Source: Burkholderiales bacterium (GTDB lineage: Bacteria > Pseudomonadota > Gammaproteobacteria > Burkholderiales > Ga0077523). From it: a DNA stretch of 64,000 nucleotides. Below are positions 1-11,051 of the stretch, in pieces (position 1 is the first letter of the stretch; each line of letters starts with the position of its first letter). Made by a program: the position numbers and the translations under genes. The notes beneath the pieces are model-generated. The model did not search any database and was not told where the DNA came from. It saw only the letters and a list, made by a program, of their open reading frames with translations. The DNA lies in the NCBI GenBank assembly GCA_019747905.1, contig JAIEQG010000014.1, positions 15,434 through 79,433 on the forward strand, in the 5' to 3' direction.

Positions 1-2
1 CC

Positions 3-560
3 GTGTCCGGCGACGTCGCCCGGCCCGGCAACTACGAAGTGAAGCTCGGCACGCCGTTCGCCAAGCTGCTCGAGATGGCCGGTGGCATGCGCGGCGGCCG
101 CAAGTTGAAGGCGTGCATCCCCGGCGGTTCGTCGATGCCGGTGCTGCCCGCCGAGATCATGATGCAGACCGACATGGACTACGACTCCATCGCCAAGGCG
201 GGGTCGATGCTCGGGTCGGGGGCGGTCATCGTCATGGACGAGACGCGCTGCATGGTGCGTTGCCTCGAGCGCCTTTCCTACTTCTACTACGAGGAATCGT
301 GCGGCCAGTGTACGCCCTGCCGCGAAGGCACCGGCTGGCTCTATCGCATGGTCCATCGCATCGAGCACGGCCAGGGCCGCAATGAAGACCTCGACATGCT
401 GAATTCCGTCGCGGACAACATCCAGGGTCGCACCATCTGTGCACTGGGCGATGCTGCGGCCATGCCGGTGCGCGCGTTCATCAAGCACTACCGCGACGAA
501 TTCCAGTACCACATCGATCATGGCCATTGCCTGATCGACAAGGTCGCGAAGGCGGCGTGA
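3..560 (+). CDS. nuoF: NADH-quinone oxidoreductase subunit F, C-terminal fragment (gene begins upstream of the window)
   Basis: Contains the NuoF 4Fe-4S region ESCGQCTPCREG ... GRTICALGDAA. Lies immediately upstream of nuoG-nuoN in canonical order. Confidence 0.93.
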   Translation: MSGDVARPGNYEVKLGTPFAKLLEMAGGMRGGRKLKACIPGGSSMPVLPAEIMMQTDMDYDSIAKAGSMLGSGAVIVMDETRCMVRCLERLSYFYYEESCGQCTPCREGTGWLYRMVHRIEHGQGRNEDLDMLNSVADNIQGRTICALGDAAAMPVRAFIKHYRDEFQYHIDHGHCLIDKVAKAA

Positions 561-564
561 AGCG

Positions 565-2928
565 ATGAGCGAACCGAAGATGATCAACCTCGAGGTGGAC
601 GGCAAGCCGGTTGCCGTGCCCGAGGGTTCGATGGTAATGATCGCGACCAACCAGCTCGGCACCTATGTGCCGCATTTCTGCTGGCACCGGAAGCTCAGCA
701 TCGCGGCCAACTGCCGCATGTGCCTGGTGCAGGTGGAGAAGGCCCCGAAGCCGCTGCCCGCGTGCGCGACGCCGGTTACCGAGGGCATGAAGGTCTGGAC
801 TCATTCCGAGACCGCGGTGAAGGCGCAGAAGGGCGTGATGGAGTTCCTGCTCATCAACCATCCGCTCGACTGCCCGATCTGCGACCAGGGCGGCGAATGC
901 CAGTTGCAGGATCTCGCGGTGGGGTATGGCCCGTCGGCGTCGCGCTTCGGCGAGTTGAAGCGCGTCGTACCCAGCAAGGACATCGGTCCGCTGGTGGCGG
1001 CCGAGGAGATGTCGCGCTGCATCCACTGCACCCGTTGCGTGCGCTTCGGGCAGGAGATCGCCGGCGTGATGGAACTCGGCATGGCCGGTCGTGGCGAGCA
1101 TTCCGAGATCCTGTCCTTCGTAGGCAAGACCGTGGACTCCGAGCTGTCGGGCAACATGATCGACCTGTGTCCGGTCGGCGCGCTCACGTCGAAGCCGTTT
1201 CGCTACACCGCCCGCACCTGGGAGCTCTCGCGCCGGAAGTCGATCAGTCCGCATTGCGGCCTCGGTTCCAACCTGGTGGTGCAGGTCAAGGGCAACCGTG
1301 TGATGCGCGTGCTGCCGCTCGAGAACGAAGCGGTGAACGAGTGCTGGTTGTCCGACAAGGACCGGTTCTCCTACCAGGCGCTCAACTCCGAGCAGCGGCT
1401 GGTGCGGCCCATGATCCGCGAAAGCGGTCAGTGGCGCGAGGTGGATTGGCACGTCGCGCTCGAATTCGTGTCGACGGGTCTTAAGCGCGTGAAGGAATCG
1501 CGCGGCGCTGCTGCCGTCGGTGCCCTCGGCAGTCCTCATTCGACCGTCGAGGAACTGTATCTGCTGGGCAAGCTGATGCAGGGCCTGGGTTCGCACAACG
1601 TGGACTTCCGCTTGCGGCAGACCGATTTCGCACTCGATGGCCGGCGCAAGGGCATACCCTGGCTGGGCCTGCCGGTAGCGGAGGTCAATGGTCTCAAGCG
1701 CGTGCTCGTCATCGGCAGCAACCTGCGCAAGGATCACCCGCTGATCGCTTCGCGCATCCGCCAGGCGGCCAAGCGCGGACTCAAGCTCGCTTTCGTCAAT
1801 CCGTTCGACGACGACCCGCTGATTCCGGTCGCTGCCAAGTCCATCGTCGCGCCGGGCGCAATGCCGGCCGCGCTGGCCGAAGTGGTAAGAGCGGCTGCCG
1901 CGATCAAGGGGTCATCCGCCGATTCCGCTCTGAATGCCGTCATTCCCGGCGACGCCGCCAAGCGCATTGCCGAGATGCTCTGCGACGGCGAACCGGCCGC
2001 GGTGTTCCTCGGCAACTTCGCGCAACACCATCCGCGCGCGGCCACGCTCGAAGTTCTTGCACAATCCCTGGCGCAGATCGCCGGCGCCCGCTTCGGCGTG
2101 CTCGGGGAGGCGGCCGACAGCGTCGGCGGCTATCTTGCCGGTGCCGTGCCGACGCAAGGCGGATTGAACGCAGCCACGATGATCGCCAAGCCGCTGGCCG
2201 CGTACGTGCTGCTCGGTTGCGAGCCCGAGTTCGACACCTCGGCCGGTGCCGCGGCACTGGCCGCGATGAAGCAGGCGGAATTCGTCGTCGCCCTGTCGTC
2301 GTTCCAGACCCGCGCAACCGAGTATGCGCAGGCGATCCTGCCGATCGCACCGTTCACCGAGACCGCGGGTACGTTCGTGAGCACCGAGGGTCGCGTGCAG
2401 AGCTTCAAGGGCGTGGTGCAGCCGCTGGGCGAAACGCGCCCGGCCTGGAAGGTCTTGCGCGTGCTCGGCAATCTGCTCGACCTCGAAGGCTTCGACTACG
2501 AGAGCCCCGACCAGGTGAAGGACGCCGCTCTGGGCGGCGATGTCGCGAACCGTCTCGACAACGCTCTTGCCACGCAGCCGGTCATCGATCTGCCGAATCC
2601 GGCACCTGGGCTCGAGCGCATCGCCGATGTCCCCATCCATTTCGCTGATCCTCTGGTACGCCGCGCACCGGCGCTGCAGAAGACTGCCGATGCGCAACCG
2701 CCGCAAGCGTGGATGCATGGCGAGACGCTCGCATCGCTGGGCCTTTCCGCCGGCGATCCCGTGCGCGTGACCCAGGGCGCCGGCAGCGCGTTGCTGCTCG
2801 CGGGCCGCGACGATCGCCTGCCGCGCCAGACCGTACGAGTCGCCGCGGCGCATCCGTCGACCGTTGAACTCGGTTCGGGTGCCATTACCGTGGAGCGCGT
2901 CGCAGTGGCGGCGCGGGCGACCGGCTGA
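565..2928 (+). CDS. nuoG: NADH-quinone oxidoreductase subunit G
   Basis: 787 aa. N-terminal Fe-S cysteine motifs ([46 protein letters not shown]) followed by a molybdopterin-oxidoreductase-like domain. Position in operon fits. Confidence 0.93.
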   Translation: MSEPKMINLEVDGKPVAVPEGSMVMIATNQLGTYVPHFCWHRKLSIAANCRMCLVQVEKAPKPLPACATPVTEGMKVWTHSETAVKAQKGVMEFLLINHPLDCPICDQGGECQLQDLAVGYGPSASRFGELKRVVPSKDIGPLVAAEEMSRCIHCTRCVRFGQEIAGVMELGMAGRGEHSEILSFVGKTVDSELSGNMIDLCPVGALTSKPFRYTARTWELSRRKSISPHCGLGSNLVVQVKGNRVMRVLPLENEAVNECWLSDKDRFSYQALNSEQRLVRPMIRESGQWREVDWHVALEFVSTGLKRVKESRGAAAVGALGSPHSTVEELYLLGKLMQGLGSHNVDFRLRQTDFALDGRRKGIPWLGLPVAEVNGLKRVLVIGSNLRKDHPLIASRIRQAAKRGLKLAFVNPFDDDPLIPVAAKSIVAPGAMPAALAEVVRAAAAIKGSSADSALNAVIPGDAAKRIAEMLCDGEPAAVFLGNFAQHHPRAATLEVLAQSLAQIAGARFGVLGEAADSVGGYLAGAVPTQGGLNAATMIAKPLAAYVLLGCEPEFDTSAGAAALAAMKQAEFVVALSSFQTRATEYAQAILPIAPFTETAGTFVSTEGRVQSFKGVVQPLGETRPAWKVLRVLGNLLDLEGFDYESPDQVKDAALGGDVANRLDNALATQPVIDLPNPAPGLERIADVPIHFADPLVRRAPALQKTADAQPPQAWMHGETLASLGLSAGDPVRVTQGAGSALLLAGRDDRLPRQTVRVAAAHPSTVELGSGAITVERVAVAARATG

Positions 2929-3977
2929 TGGAGTACTTCGAGAACCTGCTCGGCCCCGCGTGGCCGGTCGTCTGGACGCTGGCGAAGATCGTCGCGATCG
3001 TCCTGCCGCTGATGATCGGGGTCGCATACCTGACTCTCGCCGAGCGCAAGGTCATCGGCTACATGCAGGTGCGCCTCGGGCCGAACCGCGTGTCGTTCTT
3101 CGGTCTGCGCTGGCTGCGAGGTTGGGGTCAGCCGATCGCCGATGGCCTGAAGCTGCTTACCAAGGAAATCATCATCCCCACCGGGGCGAACAAGTTCCTG
3201 TTCATCCTGGCTCCCATCCTGTCCATCATGCCGGCGCTGGCCGCATGGGCTGTTGTCCCGTTCGATCCGAATCTGGTGCTCGCGAACGTGGATGCCGGAC
3301 TGCTGTACGTGCTCGCGATCACGTCGATGGGAGTGTACGGCGTGATCATCGCCGGCTGGGCCTCGAACTCGAAGTACGCGTTTCTCGGCAGTCTGCGTTC
3401 CGCCGCACAGATCGTTTCGTACGAAATCGCCATGGGCTTCGCGCTGGTCGGTGTGCTGATGATGGCGCACAGCCTCAACCTGGTGGAGATCGTTAAGCAG
3501 CAACAGGGCAGCTACGGCGCGCTGTCGTGGAACTGGGTCCCGCTGTTCCCGATGTTTCTCGTGTACCTGATCTCCGGCGTAGCCGAAACCAACCGTGCAC
3601 CGTTCGACGTGGCCGAAGGCGAATCCGAGATCGTCGCCGGGTTCCACGTCGAGTATTCGGGCATGGCCTTCGCCGTATTCTTCCTGGCCGAGTACGCCAA
3701 CATGATCCTGGTCTCGACCCTGTGCGCGACCATGTTCCTGGGCGGTTGGCTGTCGCCGATCCCGGGTCTGCCCGACGGTTTCCCCTGGCTGCTCGCCAAG
3801 GTGGCCTTCGTGCTGTTCCTGTTCCTCTGGTTCCGCGCCACGTTCCCGCGCTATCGCTACGACCAGATCATGCGGCTGGGCTGGAAGGTATTCATCCCGG
3901 TCACCCTGGTGTGGCTGCTCGTGATCGGCGGCTGGATGCAGACCCCGTACTGGCTCTGGGGTTCGGGAGCACACTGA
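2928..3977 (+). CDS. nuoH: NADH-quinone oxidoreductase subunit H
   Basis: Polytopic membrane protein with ND1/NuoH signatures ([43 protein letters not shown]). Start overlaps the nuoG stop. Confidence 0.93.
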   Translation: MEYFENLLGPAWPVVWTLAKIVAIVLPLMIGVAYLTLAERKVIGYMQVRLGPNRVSFFGLRWLRGWGQPIADGLKLLTKEIIIPTGANKFLFILAPILSIMPALAAWAVVPFDPNLVLANVDAGLLYVLAITSMGVYGVIIAGWASNSKYAFLGSLRSAAQIVSYEIAMGFALVGVLMMAHSLNLVEIVKQQQGSYGALSWNWVPLFPMFLVYLISGVAETNRAPFDVAEGESEIVAGFHVEYSGMAFAVFFLAEYANMILVSTLCATMFLGGWLSPIPGLPDGFPWLLAKVAFVLFLFLWFRATFPRYRYDQIMRLGWKVFIPVTLVWLLVIGGWMQTPYWLWGSGAH

Positions 3978-4465
3978 TGAACGCGATCCGCGAATTCTTC
4001 CGCACCTTCCTGCTGTTCGAACTGGTGAAGGGCATGGCGCTCACCGGGCGCCACATGTTCGCCCGCAAGGTCACCATCCAGTTCCCCGAAGAGAAGACGC
4101 CGCAGAGCCCGCGCTTTCGCGGTCTGCATGCACTGCGGCGCTATCCCAACGGCGAAGAGCGGTGCATCGCCTGCAAGCTCTGCGAGGCCGTGTGTCCGGC
4201 GCTCGCCATCACCATCGAATCCGATCAGCGCGCCGACGGCACCCGCCGCACGACCCGCTACGAGATCGACCTCACCAAGTGCATCTTCTGCGGCTTCTGC
4301 GAGGAATCCTGTCCCGTGGACAGCATCGTCGAGACCCGCATCTTCGAGTACCACGGCGAACGCCGCGGGGATCTCGTGTACACCAAGGAAATGCTGCTCG
4401 CGATCGGCGATCGCTACGAGGATGAGATCGCCCAGGATCGCACGTCGGACGCGGCGTATCGATGA
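3977..4465 (+). CDS. nuoI: NADH-quinone oxidoreductase subunit I
   Basis: Two ferredoxin-type motifs, [12 protein letters not shown] and [12 protein letters not shown]. The ATG at 3977 overlaps the nuoH TGA. The ORF-track entry 3527..4465 is an upstream extension of the same frame. Confidence 0.92.
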   Translation: MNAIREFFRTFLLFELVKGMALTGRHMFARKVTIQFPEEKTPQSPRFRGLHALRRYPNGEERCIACKLCEAVCPALAITIESDQRADGTRRTTRYEIDLTKCIFCGFCEESCPVDSIVETRIFEYHGERRGDLVYTKEMLLAIGDRYEDEIAQDRTSDAAYR

Positions 4466-5103
4466 GCTTCCAGTCCACCGTCTTCTGGGTCTTTTCGGCC
4501 ATCCTGCTGTTCGCGGCGCTGCGCGTGATCACCGCTCGCAACCCGGTGCACGCCGCGCTGTTCCTGGTGCTCGCGTTCGCGACTTCCGCCGCCCTGTGGA
4601 TGCTGCTCGAGGCCGAGTTCCTCGCCATCACCCTGGTGCTGGTCTACGTCGGCGCAGTGATGGTGCTGTTCCTGTTCGTCGTGATGATGCTCGACATCAA
4701 TCTCGATCGCCTGCGCGAAGGTTACTGGGACTACCTGGTGCCGGCCCTGGTGGTGGCGGGGGTGATGGTGGCCGAGATGGCGACCATCCTGTGGGGGCGG
4801 TACTTCCAGCTCGAGGGCTTTCCGACGCCGGACGCGAAGGCCGCCGGCTATAGCAACACCCGCGAGCTGGGCAAGCTCATCTACACCGACTACGTCTATG
4901 CGTTCGAGATCGCGGCGGTGATCCTGCTGGTCGCCATCGTCGCCGCGATCGCGCTGACCCTGCGCAGCCGCAAGGACACCAAGTACCAGGATCCTGCGCG
5001 CCAGATCGCGGTGCGCCGGCAAGATCGAGTCCGTATCGTTTCGATGTCCGCCGAGACCGCTCCCGCCGCCGCCGCGCCGGAGAAGGGGACGGGCAGCGAT
5101 TGA
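4462..5103 (+). CDS. nuoJ: NADH-quinone oxidoreductase subunit J
   Basis: Hydrophobic 213-aa ND6-like protein. 4-nt overlap with nuoI and operon position fit. Confidence 0.88.
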   Translation: MSFQSTVFWVFSAILLFAALRVITARNPVHAALFLVLAFATSAALWMLLEAEFLAITLVLVYVGAVMVLFLFVVMMLDINLDRLREGYWDYLVPALVVAGVMVAEMATILWGRYFQLEGFPTPDAKAAGYSNTRELGKLIYTDYVYAFEIAAVILLVAIVAAIALTLRSRKDTKYQDPARQIAVRRQDRVRIVSMSAETAPAAAAPEKGTGSD

Positions 5104-5405
5104 TCTCCCTGTCGCATTACCTCGTTCTTGGCGCCGTCCTGTTCGCCATCAGCGTCGTCGGCATCTTCTTGAACCGCAAGAACGTGATCATCCTGCTGAT
5201 GGCCATCGAGCTGATGCTGCTGGCGGTCAACATCAACTTCATCGCCTTCTCGCATTTCCTGCAGGACTACGCCGGGCAGGTCTTCGTGTTCTTCATCCTG
5301 ACCGTCGCCGCCGCGGAATCCGCCATCGGCCTCGCGATCCTCGTGGTGCTGTTCCGCAACATCCGCACCATCAACGTCGATGACCTCGATCGTCTGAAGG
5401 GATGA
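5100..5405 (+). CDS. nuoK: NADH-quinone oxidoreductase subunit K
   Basis: 101-aa three-TM ND4L-like protein ([13 protein letters not shown] ... [14 protein letters not shown]). TTG start overlaps the nuoJ stop. Confidence 0.9.
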   Translation: MISLSHYLVLGAVLFAISVVGIFLNRKNVIILLMAIELMLLAVNINFIAFSHFLQDYAGQVFVFFILTVAAAESAIGLAILVVLFRNIRTINVDDLDRLKG

Positions 5406-7387
5406 AAACCCTCTACCTCATCATCCCCTTGGCTCCGCTGCTCGGTGCGATCGTCGCCGGTCTGTTCGGCCGCCTCGTCGGCCGTGCCGGAGCCCACACC
5501 GTAACGATCCTGGGGGTGCTGGTCTCCTTCATCGCTTCGGTGATGGTGTTCCAGGACGTGCTGGCCGGGCAGACCTTCAACGGTCCGGTGTACACGTGGC
5601 TCGTCTCGGGCGGCATCCGCCTCGAAGTGGGCTTCCTGATCGATGCGCTCACCGCGACCATGATGCTGGTGGTGACGTTCGTCTCGTTGATGGTGCACGT
5701 CTACACCATCGGCTACATGGCGGACGATCCGGGCTATCAGCGTTTCTTCAGCTACATCTCGTTGTTCACGTTCGCCATGCTGATGCTGGTGATGTCGAAC
5801 AACTTCCTGCAGCTCTTCTTCGGCTGGGAGGCCGTGGGTCTGGTCTCGTACCTGCTGATCGGTTTCTGGTACACCCGGCCCAGCGCCATCTTCGCGAACC
5901 TGAAGGCGTTCCTGGTGAACCGCGTGGGCGATTTCGGCTTCCTGCTCGGTATCGGGCTGGTGCTTGCCTGGTTCGGCTCCCTCGACTATGCAACGGTCTT
6001 TCGCATGGCGCCGGGGGTGGCGGACAAGACCATCGCCCTGTTCGGCGCGGCGGAATGGTCGGTACTCACGGTCATCTGCATCCTGCTGTTCATCGGCGCG
6101 ATGGGCAAGTCGGCACAGTTCCCGCTGCATGTGTGGCTGCCCGATTCCATGGAAGGTCCGACGCCGATCTCGGCGCTGATCCATGCGGCCACCATGGTGA
6201 CGGCCGGCATCTTCATGGTGGCGCGCATGTCGCCGTTGTTCGAACTGTCCGACACGGCTCTGTCGTTCGTGATCGTGATCGGTGCCATCACGGCGCTGTT
6301 CATGGGCTTCCTGGGCATCGTGCAGAACGACATCAAGCGCGTGGTCGCCTATTCCACCTTGTCCCAGTTGGGCTACATGACCGTGGCGCTGGGTGCTTCA
6401 GCGTACTCGGTGGCCATCTTCCACCTGATGACCCACGCCTTCTTCAAGGCGCTGCTGTTCCTCGCCGCCGGCTCGGTCATCATCGGGATGCACCATGACC
6501 AGGACATCCGCCACATGGGCGGCTTGCGCAAGTACATGCCGATCACCTGGATCGTGTCGCTGATCGGCTCGCTCGCCCTGATCGGCACGCCGTTCTTGTC
6601 CGGCTTCTATTCGAAGGACAGCATCATCGAAGCGGTCGCGGCCTCGCACGTCGCCGGCTCGGGTTTCGCCTACTTCGCCGTCGTGGCCGGGGTGTTCGTC
6701 ACCGCGTTCTATTCCTTCCGGATGTATTTCCTCGTCTTCCACGGCAAGGAGCGGTTCCACGACAAGCCGCACGGCGACGCTGATCATGGTCATGACGATC
6801 ATCACGGCGGCACGCCGCACGAGTCTCCCGCGGTGGTCTGGGTCCCGCTCGTGCTGCTGGCCATCCCGTCGATGGTGATCGGGTACCTGACGATAGAGCC
6901 GATGCTCTTCGGCAGCTTCTTCAAGGATGCGATCCACGTCGGGCACGAGCACGAAGCCATGGCCGATCTCGCCGAACATTTCCACGGCGCGCTCGCCATG
7001 GGTCTGCACGCGTTCCAGACCTTGCCCTTCTGGCTGGCGCTCGCCGGGGTCGTGGTCGCGTGGTTCTTCTATCTCAAGCGGCCGCAGATCCCCGCCGCGA
7101 TCGCACGGACTTTTTCGCCGATCCATTCACTGCTGGTCCACAAGTACTGGTTCGACGAACTCTATGGGTGGCTGTTCGCCGGCGGTGCCCGCAAGGTCGG
7201 GTCCGGTTTCTGGCGCTTCGGTGACGTGAAGGTGATCGACGGCGTGTTCGTCAACGGCACTGCGCACCTGGTGGGATGGTTCTCCGGCGTAATCCGCAAA
7301 TTCCAGTCGGGCATGATCTATCACTACGCCTTCACGATGATCATCGGCGTGTTCGTTCTGCTCACCCTCTGGTTCGTGCGCGCATGA
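5402..7387 (+). CDS. nuoL: NADH-quinone oxidoreductase subunit L
   Basis: 661-aa ND5-like antiporter subunit ([50 protein letters not shown]). Confidence 0.92.
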   Translation: MKTLYLIIPLAPLLGAIVAGLFGRLVGRAGAHTVTILGVLVSFIASVMVFQDVLAGQTFNGPVYTWLVSGGIRLEVGFLIDALTATMMLVVTFVSLMVHVYTIGYMADDPGYQRFFSYISLFTFAMLMLVMSNNFLQLFFGWEAVGLVSYLLIGFWYTRPSAIFANLKAFLVNRVGDFGFLLGIGLVLAWFGSLDYATVFRMAPGVADKTIALFGAAEWSVLTVICILLFIGAMGKSAQFPLHVWLPDSMEGPTPISALIHAATMVTAGIFMVARMSPLFELSDTALSFVIVIGAITALFMGFLGIVQNDIKRVVAYSTLSQLGYMTVALGASAYSVAIFHLMTHAFFKALLFLAAGSVIIGMHHDQDIRHMGGLRKYMPITWIVSLIGSLALIGTPFLSGFYSKDSIIEAVAASHVAGSGFAYFAVVAGVFVTAFYSFRMYFLVFHGKERFHDKPHGDADHGHDDHHGGTPHESPAVVWVPLVLLAIPSMVIGYLTIEPMLFGSFFKDAIHVGHEHEAMADLAEHFHGALAMGLHAFQTLPFWLALAGVVVAWFFYLKRPQIPAAIARTFSPIHSLLVHKYWFDELYGWLFAGGARKVGSGFWRFGDVKVIDGVFVNGTAHLVGWFSGVIRKFQSGMIYHYAFTMIIGVFVLLTLWFVRA

Positions 7388-8874
7388 ACGGCATGCCCTG
7401 GCTGAGCGTCGTCATCTGGACGCCGATCCTGGCCGGACTGGTGGTGCTCGCGACCGGGCCGGATCGCAATGCCGCGACCGCGCGCTGGCTGGCGCTGGCG
7501 GGTGCCGTCCTCGGATTCGTCGTGACGATCCCGCTGGCGACCGGCTTCGACGTCACCGCCCGGGCGATGCAGTTCGTCGAGCTGAAGGAGTGGATCGAGC
7601 GCTACCACATCCGCTATCACCTCGGCATCGACGGCATTTCGCTGTTGCTGATCCTCCTGAACAGCTTCACCACGATCCTCGTGGTCATCGCCGGCTGGAA
7701 GGTGATCGACTCGCGCGTCGCGCAGTACATGGGGGCGTTCCTGGTGATGTCCGGGCTGATGAACGGCGTGTTCGCGGCCATGGACGCGATGCTGTTCTAC
7801 GTGTTCTTCGAAGCGACCCTGATCCCGATGTTCCTCGTGATCGGCGTCTGGGGCGGACCGAACCGCGTCTATGCGGCGGTCAAGTTCTTCCTGTACACGC
7901 TGCTCGGCTCGCTCCTGATGCTGGTGGCGCTCATCTACCTGTACAACGCGGCGGGCGGCAGCTTCTCCATTGCCGCATTCCACGAGCTGCCGCTCGCGAT
8001 GACCGCACAGGTGCTCATTTTTCTCGCGTTCCTGGTGGCGTTCGCCGTCAAGGTGCCGATGTGGCCGGTGCACACCTGGTTGCCGGACGCGCACGTGGAA
8101 GCACCCACGGGCGGTTCGGTGGTGCTCGCGGCGATCGCCTTGAAGCTGGGCGGCTATGGGTTCATTCGCTTTTCGCTGCCGATCGTGCCGGACGCGAGCC
8201 ACGCGCTGTCCGGGCTGATGATCGGCCTGTCGCTGATCGCGGTGGTCTACATCGGTCTGGTGGCGCTGGTGCAGACGGACATGAAGAAGCTGATCGCGTA
8301 CTCGTCCATTTCGCACATGGGCTTCGTCACGCTCGGCCTCTTCCTCTTCGATCGACTCGCCGTCGAAGGCGCGGTCATCCAGATGATCTCGCACGGTTTC
8401 GTGTCCGCCGCGCTGTTCCTGTGCGTGGGCGTGCTCTACGACCGCCTGCATTCGCGCCAGATCGCCGACTACGGCGGCGTGGTGAACCGCATGCCGGTGT
8501 TCGCGGCGTTCTTCATGCTGTTCGCCATGGCCAACGCCGGCCTGCCTGGCACCAGCGGCTTCGTGGGCGAGTTCATGGTGATCATGGGTGCCACCAAGGC
8601 GAACTTCTGGATCGCCTTTGCCGCCGCCACGACCCTCATCTTCGGTGCCGCCTACACGCTGTGGATGTACAAGCGCGTGGTGTTCGGCGCCGTCGCCAAT
8701 CCGCACGTAGGTGAGCTCCAGGACATCGAAACGCGCGAGTGGTTGTTCCTGGCGCTGCTCGCCATCGCAGTCCTGGCGATGGGCCTGTATCCCGCGCCGT
8801 TCAACGCCGTGCTCGAGACGCCCGTGGGCGACCTGCTGGCGCACGTCGCGAAGACCAAGATTCCCGGAAACTGA
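7384..8874 (+). CDS. nuoM: NADH-quinone oxidoreductase subunit M
   Basis: ND4-like ([43 protein letters not shown]). The ATG at 7384 overlaps the nuoL TGA (ATGA). The ORF-track start at 7276 is an in-frame upstream extension. Confidence 0.92.
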   Translation: MNGMPWLSVVIWTPILAGLVVLATGPDRNAATARWLALAGAVLGFVVTIPLATGFDVTARAMQFVELKEWIERYHIRYHLGIDGISLLLILLNSFTTILVVIAGWKVIDSRVAQYMGAFLVMSGLMNGVFAAMDAMLFYVFFEATLIPMFLVIGVWGGPNRVYAAVKFFLYTLLGSLLMLVALIYLYNAAGGSFSIAAFHELPLAMTAQVLIFLAFLVAFAVKVPMWPVHTWLPDAHVEAPTGGSVVLAAIALKLGGYGFIRFSLPIVPDASHALSGLMIGLSLIAVVYIGLVALVQTDMKKLIAYSSISHMGFVTLGLFLFDRLAVEGAVIQMISHGFVSAALFLCVGVLYDRLHSRQIADYGGVVNRMPVFAAFFMLFAMANAGLPGTSGFVGEFMVIMGATKANFWIAFAAATTLIFGAAYTLWMYKRVVFGAVANPHVGELQDIETREWLFLALLAIAVLAMGLYPAPFNAVLETPVGDLLAHVAKTKIPGN

Positions 8875-8876
8875 CC

Positions 8877-10328
8877 GTGACTCTCGCTCCCGCCGATTAC
8901 CTCGCTGCCTGGCCCGAGATCCTGCTGCTCACGATGGTCTGCGTGATTCTGGTCGCGGATCTGTTCCTGCGCGACGATCAACGCAGCACGACCTTTGCCC
9001 TGACCGTGGCCACGCTCATCGCGTGCGCGGCGGTAATCGTGGTGAGCGCCAAACCGGAAGTGACCCATGCGCTGAACGGCATGTTCGTCGACGACCCGCT
9101 GGCCGACACTCTGAAGATCATGGTCTTCATCGCGGTCGCCGCGATGTTGATCTATTCGCGCGGCTACGTGGCGGCCCGCGGGATGTATCGCGGCGAGTTC
9201 TTCACGCTCGTGCTGTTCGCCACGCTGGGCATGATGGTGATGATCTCGGCCAACCATCTGCTCTCGCTCTACCTCGGGCTCGAGCTGCTGTCGCTTTCGC
9301 TCTATGCGCTCGTGGCCTTGCAGCGCGATTCGAAGGACAACACCGAGGCCGCGATGAAGTATTTCGTGCTCGGCGCGCTCGCCTCCGGCATGCTGCTCTA
9401 CGGCATGTCGATGATCTATGGTGCCACCGGGCAGCTGGAGATTCCGAAGATCGCGCAGGTGATCGCCGACGGCAAGGCCAACGGCACGATCCTCGTGTTC
9501 GGGCTGGTGTTCCTGGTGGCCGGCATCGGCTTCAAGCTGGGCGCTGTGCCGTTCCACATGTGGGTGCCCGACGTCTATCAGGGTGCACCGACCGCAGTCG
9601 CGCTGCTCATCAGCAGTGCACCGAAGCTCGCGGCGTTCGCCTTCGTCATGCGGCTGCTGGTGGAGGCGCTCGGGACTGCGAGCCTGCTCGCCGAATGGCG
9701 CCAGATGCTGATCCTGCTGGCCGTGGCCTCCATGGCGGTGGGCAACATCACCGCGATCGCGCAGACGAACCTGAAGCGCATGCTGGCCTATTCGACCATC
9801 TCGCACATGGGCTTCCTGCTGCTCGGGGTGCTCGCGGGCGACCCGAACGGCTACTCGGCGGCCATGTTCTACGTGGCCGTGTACACGCTGACCAGCCTGG
9901 GTGCCTTCGGCATGATCATGCTGCTGGCGCGCGAGGGTTTCGAAGCCGACCGCCTCGAGGACTTCAAGGGGTTGAACCGGCGCAGCCCGTGGTACGCGTT
10001 CGTGATGCTGCTGCTGATGTTCTCCATGGCGGGCGTGCCGCCGACCGTGGGTTTCTACGCGAAGCTGTCCGTGCTGGAGTCGGTGGTCAATGCCGGTCAG
10101 ATCTGGCTTGCCGTCGTGGCGGTGGTCTTCTCGCTGGTGGGCGCGTTCTACTACCTGCGGGTGGTGCGCCTGATGTACTTCGACGAGCCGGTGGACACGA
10201 CGCCGATCCGTGCCGATGCCGGCGCGCGCCTGCTGCTCTCCGTCAACGGTCTCGCGGCGCTGGCCATCGGCATCCTGCCCGGTTGGCTGATGGAGTTGTG
10301 CCGGCAGGCCATCCGGTCTTCGCTCTGA
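8877..10328 (+). CDS. nuoN: NADH-quinone oxidoreductase subunit N
   Basis: ND2-like ([36 protein letters not shown]). GTG at 8877 lies just after the nuoM stop. The start is less certain than the gene call. Confidence 0.9.
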   Translation: MTLAPADYLAAWPEILLLTMVCVILVADLFLRDDQRSTTFALTVATLIACAAVIVVSAKPEVTHALNGMFVDDPLADTLKIMVFIAVAAMLIYSRGYVAARGMYRGEFFTLVLFATLGMMVMISANHLLSLYLGLELLSLSLYALVALQRDSKDNTEAAMKYFVLGALASGMLLYGMSMIYGATGQLEIPKIAQVIADGKANGTILVFGLVFLVAGIGFKLGAVPFHMWVPDVYQGAPTAVALLISSAPKLAAFAFVMRLLVEALGTASLLAEWRQMLILLAVASMAVGNITAIAQTNLKRMLAYSTISHMGFLLLGVLAGDPNGYSAAMFYVAVYTLTSLGAFGMIMLLAREGFEADRLEDFKGLNRRSPWYAFVMLLLMFSMAGVPPTVGFYAKLSVLESVVNAGQIWLAVVAVVFSLVGAFYYLRVVRLMYFDEPVDTTPIRADAGARLLLSVNGLAALAIGILPGWLMELCRQAIRSSL

Positions 10329-10333
10329 GCCCC

Positions 10334-10894
10334 GTGGCCGACGAGCGCGATTTCACCGAACACGAACTCGCGTCGACCGCCGCGTACCGCGGGCGCCTGC
10401 TCGAAGTGCGCGAGGACGAAGTGCGCTTGCCCGACGGCAAGACGGCGACGCGCGAGTACGTCGTGCATCCGGGTGCCGCAGTCATCCTGCCGCTTTTCGA
10501 GGATGGGGGCGTACTGCTGGAGCGCCAGTTCCGCTATCCGTTGCGCAAGCACTTCTATGAGCTGCCCGCCGGGAAGCTCGACCCGGGCGAGCCGCCGCTG
10601 GAAACGGCGCAGCGCGAACTGCGGGAGGAAACCGGTTACGTCGCGACGCGTTGGGATCACCTGTGCACGTTGCATCCGTGCATCGGTTACTCCGACGAAA
10701 TCGTCGACATGTACCTTGCGCGCGGCTTGAGCTTCAGCGCGACCGACCTCGATGACGAGGAGTTTCTGGAAACGCTCATCTTGCCCCTCGACGAGGCGCT
10801 GGCGTGGATTCGCAACGGTCGCATCACCGAGGTGAAGACTATCGCCGGCCTGCTGTGGGCCGATCGAATCCGGTCAGGTGGGTGGCCGCTGTAG
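10334..10894 (+). CDS. NUDIX hydrolase (ADP-ribose pyrophosphatase-like)
   Basis: Nudix box GKLDPGEPPLETAQRELREETG. Putative GTG start at 10334. Only the last ~187 codons of ORF 8711..10894 look coding. Confidence 0.85.
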   Translation: MADERDFTEHELASTAAYRGRLLEVREDEVRLPDGKTATREYVVHPGAAVILPLFEDGGVLLERQFRYPLRKHFYELPAGKLDPGEPPLETAQRELREETGYVATRWDHLCTLHPCIGYSDEIVDMYLARGLSFSATDLDDEEFLETLILPLDEALAWIRNGRITEVKTIAGLLWADRIRSGGWPL

Positions 10895-10922
10895 GCCTTG
10901 TGCTGCACGCCAGTACGGCAAC

Positions 10923-11015
10923 AGCCTTTACCACGGAGAACACGGAGTAACGCGGAGAAGTCCAACCCCGGATCGGGTTTCCTCCGTGTAGCTCCGTGTT
11001 TTCCGTGGTGAGGCT
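10923..11015. repeat. Long imperfect palindrome built from short cacggag units (repeat family A). Lies in the convergent gap between the NUDIX and GGDEF-EAL genes and may act as a terminator.
   Basis: Left arm agcctttaccacggagaacacggagtaacgcggag. Right arm ctccgtgtagctccgtgttttccgtggtgaggct. The arms are near reverse complements around a small aacccc..gggtt loop hairpin. Confidence 0.6.
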
Positions 11016-11051
11016 TTGGGGTTGAACCCGAGCTTCACATCCGACGCGCGA

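Noticed and set aside
2496-3974. 492-aa ORF antisense to nuoG/nuoH. Similar ORFs occur at 481..1737, 1912..3027, 5267..6184, 7324..8844 and 8652..9806, opposite other nuo genes.
   Set aside because: These are typical high-GC shadow ORFs. The translations are Arg/His/Gly/Asp-rich and low in complexity, with no motifs. The sense strand encodes unmistakable Nuo subunits.
8711-10894. 727-aa ORF spanning nuoN in another frame and continuing into the NUDIX gene.
   Set aside because: Only the last ~187 codons, from the GTG at 10334, have protein-like sequence and a Nudix box. The upstream part is an out-of-frame overlap of nuoN with Arg/Pro/Gly-rich junk.
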